Source: Asterias rubens
Taxonomy: Eukaryota
DNA: 64,000 nucleotides
Direction of reading: 5' to 3'
Assembly (NCBI RefSeq): GCF_902459465.1
Contig: NC_047062.1
Span: 16,740,001 to 16,804,000 of the forward strand
Made by a program: the position numbers and the translations under genes. The notes below the pieces were generated by a model. The model saw only the letters and a program-made list of their open reading frames with translations, ran no database searches and had not been told where the DNA came from. Numbering within the stretch: position 1 is the stretch's first letter; each line of letters opens with the position of its first letter. This document shows, in pieces, positions 47,901-59,343 of this stretch.

Positions 47901-50900
47901 TAACAGAGGTTGGGAAAGGTTCGCAATTAGTTTGCTTTTTTTCGTTTTCCGTTTGTTTTTTAATCAGTGTTTTTAATTACTTGTTATTTACCCGGCACCG
48001 TTTTCTGTTAAATGAGAGCAATTTCGAGACGGCCTCAAGCATCTATTGATTGTTCATGGGATATGGTGAAAATGTCAAAGTTGACGCATGCTGAATTTCA
48101 TCAACAGATTGCTGAGCTTCAAAGTGGAAATCTTTCTTTACGTCAGGCACTTGGGCACAACATCGCATAGAGGATTTCCTTCTTTAATGAACACATTGGC
48201 TTGGATAGGTCGGGTTGGTCTTTGAAAAGCGTTTGTAACCATTTGTTATAAAATGCATAGGGGGCCTACATGTATGATTAGAAAGATGTTTTAGAAGTAG
48301 AATATAATGATCCACACAAGTATCACTAGAAATTGCGTGGTTTTCCTTTTACCTCGTCGACTAACACGGTCGGCCATTTATGGGAGTCAAATTGTTGACT
48401 GTAAAAGGAAAACCACGCAATTTCGAGGCAAATTTGTGTGGATAATTTTATTCTACTTTTAAAACATCTTTGTAACCATGCATTTTATAACAAACGGTTT
48501 TAAACGGTTTTCAAAGACCAACTCGACCGATCCAAGGCAATGTGTTCCTTTAATTGTTTTTACTTCAATGCAGATTTGTTAAAACCTTGATCATTTCCAA
48601 ATAATATCTCTGACACAGGATTGAGTGAAATACTTGTACACACAAAAACATGTATCTGGACTGAAGTTATTTGAGCAAGTGCCCAAAGAATATGCCAAAT
48701 TTTTAATTTATTACGGCCTATTTATTTATTTATTTATTTTATTGTTTTATTTTTTCGTGGGGGGGGGGGTTCTCATTTGTTCCTTAATCCTTTCTCAATT
48801 TCAGAGTTTAATTTAAAAATATTTTACAAGTTTCTTCATGGCGATAAACTGCAAAAAGAGAAGGAGAAAGGTTACTCTGTTACATTGTAACTCAGTGCAG
48901 GGTCTAATTCCTGTGTTGAAGTAAAGAAATGTCCAAACCCTACTTTGTGATTTCTGAGTTAAGACCGTTCAAATTTTAATTCATGGATCAACTGAACACA
49001 TCTGCCGACCAATTTCTAAGTAGCTGCTTTTAAGCCGAGAGAATTATGCGTAGCAACTTCGCAAAATTAAGCAGGACACCAAAATAGCTTGGCAAAACAA
49101 ATTGTGCTTACCTACAAATGTACTGTAAAAAGTTGGACCAGCCAAAATGCCACCTGTAACATGTCCTGTGACTGTTTCTTTCTAATTTTCTAGTTAAAAC
49201 AGAATTTTTGTTTAAAGCATTATTTTGGGCTGAAGCAGCTTTATGAAATTTGGCCAGCTGATCTTTTTTAAATCTCAACACAGAACAATCAACACAGACT
49301 CCCTGGCTCCAAAATTATTCAATAAATAAATACTATTGATTCAAAATCAATACGGTATACAATCATAGGTCATTGTTTTGAGAAAGGGTCATTTATTAGA
49401 GCAATTTTCCCATGATTAATTCCAATAAAAAGGTGAGAACATGTTGGTTAAAGACACTGGACACTATTGGTAATTGTCAAAGACCATTCTTCTCACTTGG
49501 TGTATCTCAGCAAATATGCATAAAATAACAAACCTGTGGAAATTTGAGCTCAACTGGTTGTTGAAGTTGGAAGATAATAATGAAAGAACAAACTCCCTTG
49601 TCACACGAAGTTGTTTGCTTTTTCAGATGCTTGATTTCGAGACCAAAATCTTATTCTGAGGTCTCAAAATCAAATTCGTGGAAAATTACTGTTTTCTCAA
49701 AAACTACCTTATTTCAGAGGGAACCGTTTCTCACAATGTTTTATTCTACCACCAGCTCTCCATTACTTGTTACCAAGTAAGGCTTTAGGCTAATAATTAT
49801 TTTGAGTAATTACCAACACCACTGCCATTAAGATGGAGATTGAACCTAAACTTCTAAGGAAGCACACTTGTTAGATTCTGCATTCAATGTATGTTGTGCA
49901 GGATAGTGATACACACACTTACATTGCACACATTTAACACGAAGCAGGGCCTGAGTTACTAGATAATCTCTACTATGAGCTCACATTGTGTAGCTTAGTT
50001 TTTTTTTCCCACTTCATTTTGGGTATTATTTTAATACTTACAATATTACGTTACACTACCAGGGCTTAAAATGTACACTACTTAATGTACACTGGACTGC
50101 GGGCCAAAGGCCAAGGATTTTAGCATTGGGACTCACGAATGGAGTCCGGTGTTTTGGGACAAATGTATTGTTGACTCTCAGCTATGTAGGTTTTTTTTTT
50201 TGCTCAGTTAAACTCTGGTCTTGTAAAAGAAATTCTGACTACCCTAATAACCCTATTCACTGGACAACCAAAAGTTTTTACAAAACCTGAAATAAATACA
50301 AAATATTTTTGATATTTGCTTAACTTTTAGGATAAGTTTTCAAAGTGACAAGCCATCATAACAAACCATTGCAGGACTTGCTCAGTTTTGGGGTTTAAAG
50401 GCACAGGACACTTTTGGTAATTACTCAAAATAATTATTAGCACAAAATCTTACTTGGTATCGAGTAATAGGGAGCTGTTGATCGGAATGTCAGTCATCTC
50501 GCCCCCTACAAAGTCGCCTCCTAGCAAGCTCGCCCCCTCGGTGTACAAACTCGCCCCCTCACAATGTCGCCCCCGACAAAGTCGCCCCCTATGCATTTTT
50601 GGCTATTGTTTCAAGGTTTTTTGAAGGGGAATTTTTTATTGTTTTTATATAGTGAGTGGGTGGATAAATAATAGTTAAAATATTTTGTATTAATTTTTGT
50701 TTTCTATGAACCTCTCTACGAACGTTTTTTTTTTTTTTTTTACATGTTAAAATTGGTTATTCTAATGCTTCAACAATAATTATTGGATAAATAATAGTTA
50801 AAATATTTTGCATTAATTTTTGTTTTCTATGAACCTCTTTACAAACATTTTTTATTTTTTTAATTGCTTTAGGGGGTTGGGGTTTGGGGTTGGGGTTGGG

Positions 50901-53900
50901 GTTGCAATTAATTAATTAAAACAAATGTAGCCCTTCTTATTATCCCATCATATGAATTAAGCCCTTGAAAAAGTAACTTTGTATCTTATTTAATTAAAAC
51001 AAATGTAGCCCTTCTTATTATCCCATCACTGTAATAGGCCCTTGACAAAGTAATTTTGTATCTAAGGGTTGTTTACATCGTGCGCAATGACACACAAGAC
51101 CGCCCAACGATAACAGGTCAGAACGGATACAGGAACACAAATTTATACAGTTAGCATTACTTTGAATAAATATTCAGGAATTATATTAAAGAAGCTATAA
51201 CAGATTTTTGGCCCCAAACATTAAAAAATAGATTTTTTTGAGTGAATGGTATTTCAAAGAGTATCACCCGCTCTAACGAAAAAAAGTTTAACTTTTACTT
51301 TTAATGGTCAGGAACCATGACAAAAATTTTAAACGTTTCTTATAAAACACATAATAATTGGTCACGTGATATAATTGTCGGGATCCCAACAAAAACAAAT
51401 TTTGAGCACTTTATTTCACTGCTACTAATAATTGACAGACTTTTTTGAGCAATGGCTCAAATGAAAGCTTGTAACTTTCTCGGCCCCCATCAAAATACCT
51501 ATTGAATTTTAAATCAAAATTTTTGGGTCAAATCGGCCAAAAATCTGACATAGTATCTTTAATGCCGTGTCCCAAACGGCGACACAGCGCGCATCTGCCT
51601 ATACTTCAACACAAAGTCTGACAGATGCACATCTAGCTTGTAGCTAGCCGTTGCAAGTCGCCGTTTTGGACACGGCATAATCTTCTAACTGCTGCTAACT
51701 CTTGTTCATAAACCAAGCAACTTTGTTGGGGGGCGACTGTGTCGGGGGGCGACCGTGTCGGGGCGACTTTGTAGGGGGAGACATTGTGAGGGGGCGAGTT
51801 TGTACACGGAGGGGGCGAGCTAGCTAGGGGGCGACTTTGTAGGGGGCGACTTTGCAGGGGGCGACTTTGCCGGGGGGTGAGATGACTGGTTTCCGTTGAA
51901 AGTATGAAACATTGTGAGAAACGGCTGAAGTAACATAACTTTAGAGAAAGAAGTAATTTTCCACAAATTTGATTTCAGGACCTCAGAACTAGATTTTGAG
52001 GACTCGAAATCAAGCATCTGAAAGCACACAACTTTGTGTGAAAAGGATGTTTATTCTTCCAATTTTCACAGGTTTGTTATTTCATGCATGTGTTGAGATA
52101 CATTTGTGTTTAACCAATTGAAAAGACTAATCTTTGACATTTACCAATAGTGTCCAGTGCAGTGTCTTTCACTTTCATTATCAGTGTTCAATAGTTTGGG
52201 TGTTTTTTAAGTTACCAAAAAAGTGTTGAATTGTGTTATAATAGAGTGTGGAAGGATCCTAGAAGTTCACTCTTATTGGAGTTCAGCTTAACTTTTTCAG
52301 TGACTAGCCAGCAGGACCAGGGCCCAATTTCATAGAGCTGCAAAGCACAAACATTTGCATAGCGTGAAATTTTAACCGTGATAAAAAACAGGATTGCCAA
52401 ACAAATTTTCACATGATTTTCAGAAAATAACAGCTGAATACCAGTAGCCTAACGAGCAATATGCAACAAATGAAGATTTGGTTGGTAATCCTGTTTTTAT
52501 CTAGCCTTGCTCAAGGCAGTCGAATTATTCACTCCGAAAAAAGACCGCCGCTGTATAAAAACCCACCCGTATTCACTGTGCGTAACATCGCACGACACGA
52601 TGCCCCCGAACACTATCCTCATGCGGAGGCCGTCAGGCCGACAGCCTTGTAGGGTCTGTGTTGAAGCCACTGACCTCATTACTATAATAAGCGAAGAGTT
52701 CACGGTCAGCTCATTACCATAATGCCCGCGAAAGACGAGACATGTCTACATCACACACCACCACCACGGACGCTCAGCGAGCATGATAGGCGTGCGTGAT
52801 TGGGCGTCAAAATGAATAATTCATTTGCCTCACATCCTGTGTTGTCTGATAGGTCTGACGAAAGATATACATATTCATGGCTGCATACTAGCATATCTGA
52901 GAGCCCCCCCAATTTTTTCCACAAGTGGAAATTTTTCAATACAACACATTAAACCCGGAAGTTACAGACCCGACAAGGCTGTCGGCCTGACGGCCTCCGC
53001 ATGTGGTTAGTAAGTACGAGTGCGGATGACTTGTGTGCACAGTATTCGTACGATTTGACAGTGTGTATACGGGTGGGTCATGCGGTGTGATCGCACCGCC
53101 ACCCACAGGGTATACGGGTGGGTTTACAGCAGCGCCTTTTCGGAGCGAATAATGCGACTGCCTTGAGCAAGGCTAGTTTTTATCAAGGGAAGAAATTTCA
53201 TGCTAGCAAATCTTATATGCTTAGCATCCTGTATGAAATTGGGCCCAGTTAAGGTGAGATTTGACTGGTCCTCATGTGTTTTAACTGGCATTTGGCCAGC
53301 AGACCACTGATAAGGGAGAATGCTGGTTAAGTGTGGGGAATGATCCTACATATTAAGTAAACCAGTTAGTCTTGGTGATATCTATGTAAATCACTCTATA
53401 TACTACTAGTAAATGCTGGCAAAACCTCCTTGTCTTAATCAAGGTAAGAAGACTCTCTCTCTCTCTATTCATGTATTTCCACGTCACTGCTTATCAGGAA
53501 TTTTGTATAGCTTTTTGTCGCCAATTTTGAATGTTTAAACTGTAGCTAAAAACAAGAGGAAAGCAGCTGATCCGAGGAAAAGTTGCATGGGATGCCTGGC
53601 TTATGTCACACTTGGTTGTAAACCTGTTTATGTTTGTTGTGTTTTCATTTAGCTTTCGAGGAAGACTCTGCTGGGGAGAAACGTCAGGCCACTAACTATT
53701 TTTAGCATTGAACTTTATTATAACTCACTTGCCTTTGTTCCCTGGTAAGTCACTAGATTCTTCATAGACGTTGCCCATTCCCCCCCCCCCCAATCCCAAA
53801 CAAAAACCATAAAATATCCTTTGCACTTTCAATAAAGGTACACTATCTTCTTTTCTCTCTCCATTTTTGGAGGTTTTGAGGAAAACAAAATAAATAAATA

Positions 53901-54698
53901 AATAAATAAAAAATAATCAAGGTTTACAATGATCATGAGGTTTTAGTTTTGAAAGGCCTACTGCAGGCCTGATGCTTTACAGGCAACAACGGCAATTGCC
54001 TCCATGCCCCTTGGTCATTGCCTTGGTGCCCTTGAAATGCTCAAATCAAAAATTTACAAAATTTCCTCTAAGAGTGCCCTTTACCAAGGAGAAAATGTCT
54101 TGGTGACCTTGCCCTTTCAAAAACAAAGCATACAGACCTGCTACTGTAAGGCCGAGACACACTGCAATGATAACAAAAGCTAGAAGGCATTCTATTGGTT
54201 GAATGAGCGTGAGCGTATTCTGTGTTGAGCAATTCAACCAAAAGAATGCGTTCTCTTTGTGACGTTAACACTATCGTTTTCGCTGCAGTGTGACTCCGTC
54301 TTACCAATTAATTTTCCTGAAAAAAAAGAGGGAAAACAACTGTTTTGCTAACCTTGAATTTTCTGTTCATACCCTTTGGTGAAGAACATCAGAGCCTTGG
54401 CAGCTCTCTCAGGTGTCCGCTTCAATCCTTGTCTGTCAGGATCCTCCCCAATGCTTGTGATGAGTGACTTATACGCTTGACTCATGCCAGGTAGCATTGA
54501 CTGTGCTTCTAAAGGGTCTCGATACAGGGGCGTCTTCTCAGCAGTTGTGGATGAGCCGCTGGTAGAGGGCTGCTGCTTCGCTGTCACCAGCGTCATACCA
54601 TCACCCTCGCCTCCCCCGCTGCTGTGATGACTCGCATATGGACTAGTACCAACCAATTTGAGTTTTTCATCCTCATTCAGGAACCCATTGTTTTTCAT
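35950..54698 (-). CDS. GCH1: GTP cyclohydrolase 1, 250 aa
   Basis: Exons 54698-54353, 41090-40981, 39877-39822, 38231-38200, 37753-37669, 36073-35950 total 753 nt; all introns GT-AG. Motifs: [91 protein letters not shown]. Intron 1 is about 13.3 kb. Confidence 0.97.
36592..36770. mobile_element. CAGG..CCTG family MITE
   Basis: CAGGCCTGATACTT..GCCTTGGTGCCCTTGAAATG..AAGCATACAGCCCT; collinear with 53964-54140. Confidence 0.7.
36955..37635. repeat. Old tandem duplication of about 200-240 bp in the last GCH1 intron
   Basis: 36955-37150 aligns with 37402-37635 (GTTTTCTGACATTTGCATA, TTTACCCAGA, GGCTGTACTG, AAACAACTTTGTAT..AAGCATGGAGGT). Confidence 0.7.
38313..38471. mobile_element. CAGG..CCTG family MITE with a 6-bp TSD
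   Basis: Flanks AAGGGA and AAGGAA; ends TAGGCCTGTATTC..AAGTATAAGGCCTG. Confidence 0.65.
39085..39200. repeat. Short degenerate (TAACCC)n telomere-like tracts inside a repeat
   Basis: CTAATCTTAACCCTAACCCTAGCC occurs twice (near 39078 and 39178). Confidence 0.55.
40298..40432. mobile_element. CAGG..CCTG family MITE with a 6-bp TSD
   Basis: TIR CAGGCCTGGAATT / AATTCCACGCCTG; flanks GTGAGG and GTGATG. Confidence 0.65.
40627..40970 (+). mobile_element. 3' end of an L2/CR1-group LINE with a (GTAT)n tail
   Basis: Translates to ..[24 protein letters not shown], an ORF2 C-terminal motif. It is followed by AGCGCTTT..GAAAAGGGGCTTTACAAAT and a simple-repeat tail. Confidence 0.75.
43038..43440 (-). pseudogene. 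L2/Crack-group LINE ORF2 fragment (RT thumb region)
   Basis: [49 protein letters not shown]. Confidence 0.85.
43675..43708. repeat. (CT)n microsatellite
   Basis: Direct reading. Confidence 0.9.
45369..45590 (+). mobile_element. Kolobok-type MITE, family A, internally deleted
   Basis: TTAA|AGACACT...GTGTCCACAGCCT|TTAA. Confidence 0.75.
47060..47085 (+). repeat. Poly-G tract (26 nt)
   Basis: Direct reading; another long G run lies at about 56213-56229. Confidence 0.9.
47169..47356 (+). mobile_element. Kolobok-type MITE, family A, partial
   Basis: TTAA|AGGCAAG..ATAACAAACCTGT..GCTCAATCG..ACCT|TTAA. Confidence 0.65.
48188..48549. mobile_element. Kolobok-type palindromic MITE, family B
   Basis: TTAA-flanked TIR GAACACATTGGCTTGGAT / ATCCAAGGCAATGTGTTCCT; homologous to 29432-29775, with part of the right arm deleted. 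Confidence 0.8.
49452..49827 (+). mobile_element. Kolobok-type MITE, family A
   Basis: Flanked by TTAA; collinear with 10503-10873. Confidence 0.85.
51190..51558. mobile_element. Kolobok-type MITE, family C, nested
   Basis: TTAA|AGAAGCTATAACAGATTTTTGGCC...GGCCAAAAATCTGACATAGTATCT|TTAA. Confidence 0.75.
51563..51677. mobile_element. Harbinger-type MITE with TAA TSD, nested
   Basis: TAA|TGCCGTGTCCCAAACGGCGAC...GTCGCCGTTTTGGACACGGCA|TAA. Confidence 0.8.
52321..53245. mobile_element. GGCCCAATTTCATAG family MITE (CAG TSD) hosting a nested element
   Basis: CAG|GGCCCAATTTCATA...TATGAAATTGGGCC|CAG. Confidence 0.8.
52502..53175. mobile_element. 674-bp long-TIR element with TAGCC..GGCTA termini and a 9-bp TSD
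   Basis: GTTTTTATC at 52493-52501 and 53176-53184; TIRs extend inward, including 52620-52660 versus 52964-53003. Confidence 0.9.
53655..53690 (+). ncRNA. Degenerate hammerhead-like motif
   Basis: (T)CGAGGA-AGA-CTCT(gctg)GGGA-GAAA-CG-TC-AGGCC. The CUGA core is damaged and the 5' strand of stem I is missing. Confidence 0.3.
53964..54140. mobile_element. CAGG..CCTG family MITE with a perfect 6-bp TSD
   Basis: CTACTG at 53958-53963 and 54141-54146; TIR CAGGCCTGATGCTT / AAGCATACAGACCTG. Confidence 0.8.
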
Positions 54699-55039
54699 AC
54701 TTGGTGTCTGTGAGTTTGACAACTTGGTCGCAATAAAGCTTCTCCGTAAATTTTTTAGTAGGAATAACTGCTGTTGAAAAAAAAGAAAAAATGGAATCAA
54801 AATCAATCACAAAAGTGTTCAAACAAATAGGGATGCCTTTAATTTTTAAAACACAAAATGTGTCAAATAAACCAATCTAAATCTAAGACCTGACTAAACA
54901 AATGTGCCAGTTTGCAGTAACACCATGTGTAACTACTTTGCTTTGTCACTTTGTTCATTGAGAAATGTCTTGCTACATCATGTATCTATGCTATTGCCGC
55001 TGAGTAGATTGAGTAATCGGGGACTCTTAACTTCAATGC

Positions 55040-55235
55040 TGCGAAGTGAGTTATTATCGGCCGGTCCAGTAGGCTCCGCCCACGACGCGTGAGCAAGAAC
55101 ACAGGCTCTCCAATGCCTTTCTGTACAACTCTGCCGCGCGCGCCAAGATACGCGCACGCATGTCGGACCTTATTTTTTCGGACCTTCGTTGCGTTGTGAT
55201 CGGTCAATACGCTATATGGGGCGGAGCTTAATGGA
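55040..55235 (-). promoter_or_regulatory. CpG-rich region with GC boxes upstream of GCH1 (candidate promoter)
   Basis: CTCCGCCC near 55075, GGGGCGGAG near 55217 and many CpGs in an otherwise AT-rich context, about 350-550 bp upstream of the ATG. Confidence 0.45.
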
Positions 55236-55492
55236 TCGGTCTATTGTTCTCAACATTTTTATTAACACTGAAGAGTATTTTAGATGCTGGTGCATCTTTA
55301 TAGCCCCCAATTATAGAGATTAAGAGGTTTCAGTGTAGAGTCAGAGTTCTTCTGATTGGTTTTTTCCAATTGTTTGCTTAAAAAAATCAAATACCTGGGC
55401 ACTTAATATTTGGCTAACATCTGTTTTATTCAGATTTACGTAAATTGTAGGTGAAAAATAGGTGAAACCATCCTAACAACGTACAATGAATC

Positions 55493-55552
55493 TAGTTGCG
55501 ATAACGTAACCCTCCTCCCGCCGTCGGGAGGAGGGTTACGTTATCGCAACTA
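55493..55552. mobile_element. Second copy of the 59-60 bp TAGTTGC palindromic MITE
   Basis: Near-identical to 3040-3098; TSD degenerate. Confidence 0.8.
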
Positions 55553-56729
55553 ATAAGAATTATGAATGACTGCTCTATAGACTATATTTCGACCACTCTA
55601 TTTTCTGATAACCCCTTGTAATCTGGAGGTTAGGAAAATACATAGTAACATAGGTCACACTTTTAATTGATAGAGAAATATAAGACCCATTATGGCGCTG
55701 TACTTGTTTTTTCCCAATTTTTTTTTATGACATCAATTAATTTGACAAAACTGTCAAAATTCTGAAAAACGGTGTACAGTGCCCCAGTTGTACTTAGTTA
55801 TAATGTTAGTAGGCAATAGTTCCCGTGGTATATGTATAGTAGTACTAGTACGTAGGTCAGTCCATGGATAGAGCAAGGACTTCTGACCTCCTCGGATAGA
55901 ATCAGCATTTTGCCGAAGATACATACATGCTTGTGTGGATGTGGATGGCGTTGTGAAGGTTAGGTGGTCTGGCTGGATGATGGTGTCTTCCTATCAAATC
56001 AGCAGAAACGTCTCCAGACTCCTGTTCTTCAGATCATGTACCAGAGGCAGAGCGATTCAACAGGGCGAGCAAGAAGGCCAACTTGCGAACGACCAAAACA
56101 ACAGTCAGTAGTTACACCACACAAAGTGCACACCGACCGTACCACGGGAGGTTTTAGAAGTTAAATGGGGAGAGTGGGATAGGTATTGTACCGTGTAAGC
56201 AGCCCAAGGTAAAGGGGGGGGGGGGGGGGTTCGTACACGTAGTAGGACGTGGTGTAGTCTCCGTTGTGTTTTTCCCCGGTATAAACGTGCACGGAGGACT
56301 GCACTGCCGATTACTACTACAATGTCACTGTAGTGTTAGAGTTTTAGGCATTCAGATTTACAAGTTGATTAAACATTGAATATTTTAAGTTTTAACACGA
56401 CACAAAGGTATTTTCTCGACCAGTGAATGAACGGCAGTGACTTCACGCTCTGCATGGTACCAATGACATAACCAAAAACATAGATGATATCAGCAGTGAA
56501 AGTGAAATTAACCGCATTACACTATATCTCGCTCGATGACCGTGTTTTGCACCGTTTTGTTGCATGAATGGTTGTGCCGCCCTCTGTCGCGCGCTCTGAG
56601 TAAAGGCCGGTGTTTCAGACAGAGTCTGACAGTGCAAATAATTTAATGTGACAATTATATCAAATTATATAACACCAAGCTCTGCTGGTACTATTTCCGC
56701 AAAACGCGCGCGCGCGATCACTAGCCTAT

Positions 56730-57196
56730 ATTATAACACACCTCTTGCTCGTTCTGTATTCTGATTGGCTGAAACACGGTCACGTGGGATGAACTAATAA
56801 TTATACCCTCGAGCGGGCACTAGTCTTTGCAAATAGTGCCGCGGTAACAGCGCCCTCTCTTGACTTGAACCGTGAACAAACTACAAAATTCCTTTTTCTG
56901 TTCTTATTTGACATTTTAAGACCGAGCTGTGTTATAAAACACATATTGACTAGCATAATTCGGTAACTAGTGTACGTCTATTCCCCCTCTGGCCTGTGAG
57001 TGACCAGAAGAGGGGCCTATTTCCCTCGGCCTTGGGCCTCGGGAAATAGGTCGCTCTTATGGTCACTCAAAGTCCCTCGTGGGAATAGACGTATACCAGT
57101 TACCTCATTGCCAGTCAATATGTGTGTATTAGTTCATCCCACGTGACCGTGTATCAGCCAACCAGAATACAGAAAAAGCAAGAGGTGTGTTATAAT
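56730..57196. mobile_element. MITE with TIRs of about 70 bp
   Basis: ATTATAACACACCTCTTGCT..CACGGTCACGTGGGATGAACTAATA is inverted at 57128-57196. Confidence 0.85.
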
Positions 57197-57204
57197 GGGT
57201 TCTG

Positions 57205-57320
57205 GATTATACCAGTGGGTCCTGGGGATAGACCAGTGGGTCCTGGATGAGACCAGTGGGTCTTGGAAGAGACGGCAGTTAATTGGTCTTGGATGAGACC
57301 AGTGGGTCTTGGGCAAGACC
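57205..57320. repeat. Short tandem repeat of about 21 bp (ACCAGTGGGTC(C/T)TGG)
   Basis: At least four recurrences. Confidence 0.75.
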
Positions 57321-58094
57321 GTTGAATCTGGGTTAGGTGAGACATATAACTTTGTACAAACAAAATATACATGCTTGTACAAAGACGCGATTCCCACAAT
57401 CATTGCCCCTATCTGGCCATGGGGACACAAGGGTTCTGTTACGCCGTTGATTCACGACACTTACTGAACAAAAAGCCGAATATTAAACACTCCGCAAAAG
57501 TTTTACATTAATATGTACAATCGATACATGATTAATTTTTTTTAATACAGCAGGGATGTCAATATCCACAGCTTAGAAGTCAAGGCAAGTAATAACTTAT
57601 ATTATTTACATTAAATCCATTATTCAGAGAGAAAAAGTTTGTGACCGAAATTGTAACTACAGCTCATGTTATTAATTGTCAAAAGGCCTTTTTATTTAAT
57701 ACACAAACGCGGGTGAGTAAAATTATCGCGCCTTGTTGCAATGGACTGTTGGCAAACCCAATGTATCAAACTCAATCGAACAATAAAGAGTCTAGTTTCT
57801 CAATTGGTATTGTCTATAAAAAAAAAGGTGCCCCGACTTATGGTTCGCTGAATGAAAGGAGATTGTGGAGGAGGATTGTTTTTCGGGAGTGTCAACTTCC
57901 TTCTTCCAGTTACGTGCCTAAGTTTTAACACAATTTCGTCATGCGAATCAATGTTTTTGTCTCACATAAACAAAGGGATTTTTGAACACAATCTTGCTTA
58001 CAGCTTACAGATAAACAACTTACAGTGACAACTTATACAACATGAGCATCAATGTTTTGCTGTTAGGTACTGCACCCCTGCGTGTTACCTTGGG

Positions 58095-58880
58095 TTACCT
58101 CGACCCCATGTCGACCTTTACTTCTGTTCAAGAACTTACACAGCCAAATTTCAAAGGTAGAACGGGGATACCCTGACCCCATGTTGACCTTTACTTCCGG
58201 CTCAACTGGAATCGGGACTATTCAAGAACTACACAGCCATTTTTTTAATTTCTTTTTGGTTTTATATAGACCTTTCTTTTGTTGATAAACAAACCGCCTT
58301 GGTTGGCATGGTCGGCCGAATGTTAGGCCGTGTCCGAAACGACGACTTCGGCTACAGCTACGTCTAGATCAGCGCGTCTACCAGTGTTGAAGAATAGGCA
58401 GACGCGCGCGATCTAGCCGTAGCTGTAGCCGAAGTCGTCGTTTCGGACACGGCCTGAGTAAAGCATTCAATCGTATTAACAGATGTTTTAACAAAATTCA
58501 ACCATTTCTGCTAACTTTCGATTAAACAAAATATCTCTTATAATTAGTTGTTTTATTTTAAACAAAATCAACAAATTTGGTTACATTGTTACCAAAAATA
58601 GCGATCTTTTCTTGATTTGCACTTACGGCTTTCCATAGGTTTCCAATCTGGGTTGGCAAAAACTCGGGCTGTGACGTTGCAAAAGAAAGGTCTATAGTTC
58701 CTTTGAGCTGTAAAGATTGAACTTGAGTTATTGTGACCCCATGTTGACCTTTACTTTCGGAGTCAACCGGAAGTGGGACCATTTCTCAAGAACAACACAA
58801 CTGATTTTCAAACCCTTTTTGAGACCCCATATTGACCTTTACTTCTTGGATAACCGGAATTGGGAACATATCTCAAAAAA
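58095..58880. repeat. Dispersed degenerate units (CCCCATGTTGACCTTTACTT..), interrupted by a MITE
   Basis: The motif occurs near 58105, 58178, 58738 and 58825, usually followed by GGAA.TGGGAC..TCAAGAAC. Confidence 0.65.
58326..58454. mobile_element. Harbinger-type palindromic MITE
   Basis: TTA|GGCCGTGTCCGAAACGACGACTTCGGCTACAGCTAC...GTAGCTGTAGCCGAAGTCGTCGTTTCGGACACGGCC|TGA. Confidence 0.85.
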
Positions 58881-59343
58881 GCTGTCATCACGAAAAGAAC
58901 ATTTAACGACTATCATTCACAGAGAAAGGTCACAGTGAAAGTCATGTCCAGAATGTACATTTTTTAATGTTTCTCATGTTTACATATTATTTATATTTGT
59001 TTAAAATAAAAAAAAACTTTATTTCAGTTTCATATTTGTTTTTTTAGGCATTTTTATTGAAACAAAAATCAACAATAGTGCTCCATGTATGGGCGTATTG
59101 AGATGATTAAACAGAAGAGAACGATCTCTAACGGGTTAATGTATAAAGAGCTGCATACTTGCATGCTGGACTGAGTCATTTTGACCAAGATCATTTGGAA
59201 AGGAATGAGATGATGTATGGCCTCGACTAGATTGGTGTAGGAACTTCATTGAAATAGCTGTTCCAGTGCAATTATTCTTAAGAACATATAATGTCATTTG
59301 TCAATCATTTGATGGTTTATTTTCTGCATCCTCTATTGTATTA

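Larger units (their letters stand above)
50483..51895. mobile_element. TIR element with AAGTCGCCCCC subterminal repeats and a possible 5-bp TSD
   Basis: TIR CGGAATGTCAGTCATCTCGCCCCC / GGGGGTGAGATGACTGGTTTCCG; flanks TTGAT and TTGAA; internal duplications and a (GGGGTT)n run at 50872-50903. Confidence 0.8.
50399..52167 (-). mobile_element. Kolobok-type MITE, family A, split by nested insertions
   Basis: 50399-50482 and 51896-52167 join into one family A element (GGGAGCTGTTGAT | AGTATGAAACATTGTGAG). Confidence 0.8.

Noticed and set aside
54699-54806. N-terminal extension of GCH1 suggested by the ORF track
   Set aside because: It starts at a non-ATG codon within a polypyrimidine tract and acceptor; the first in-frame ATG is 54698.
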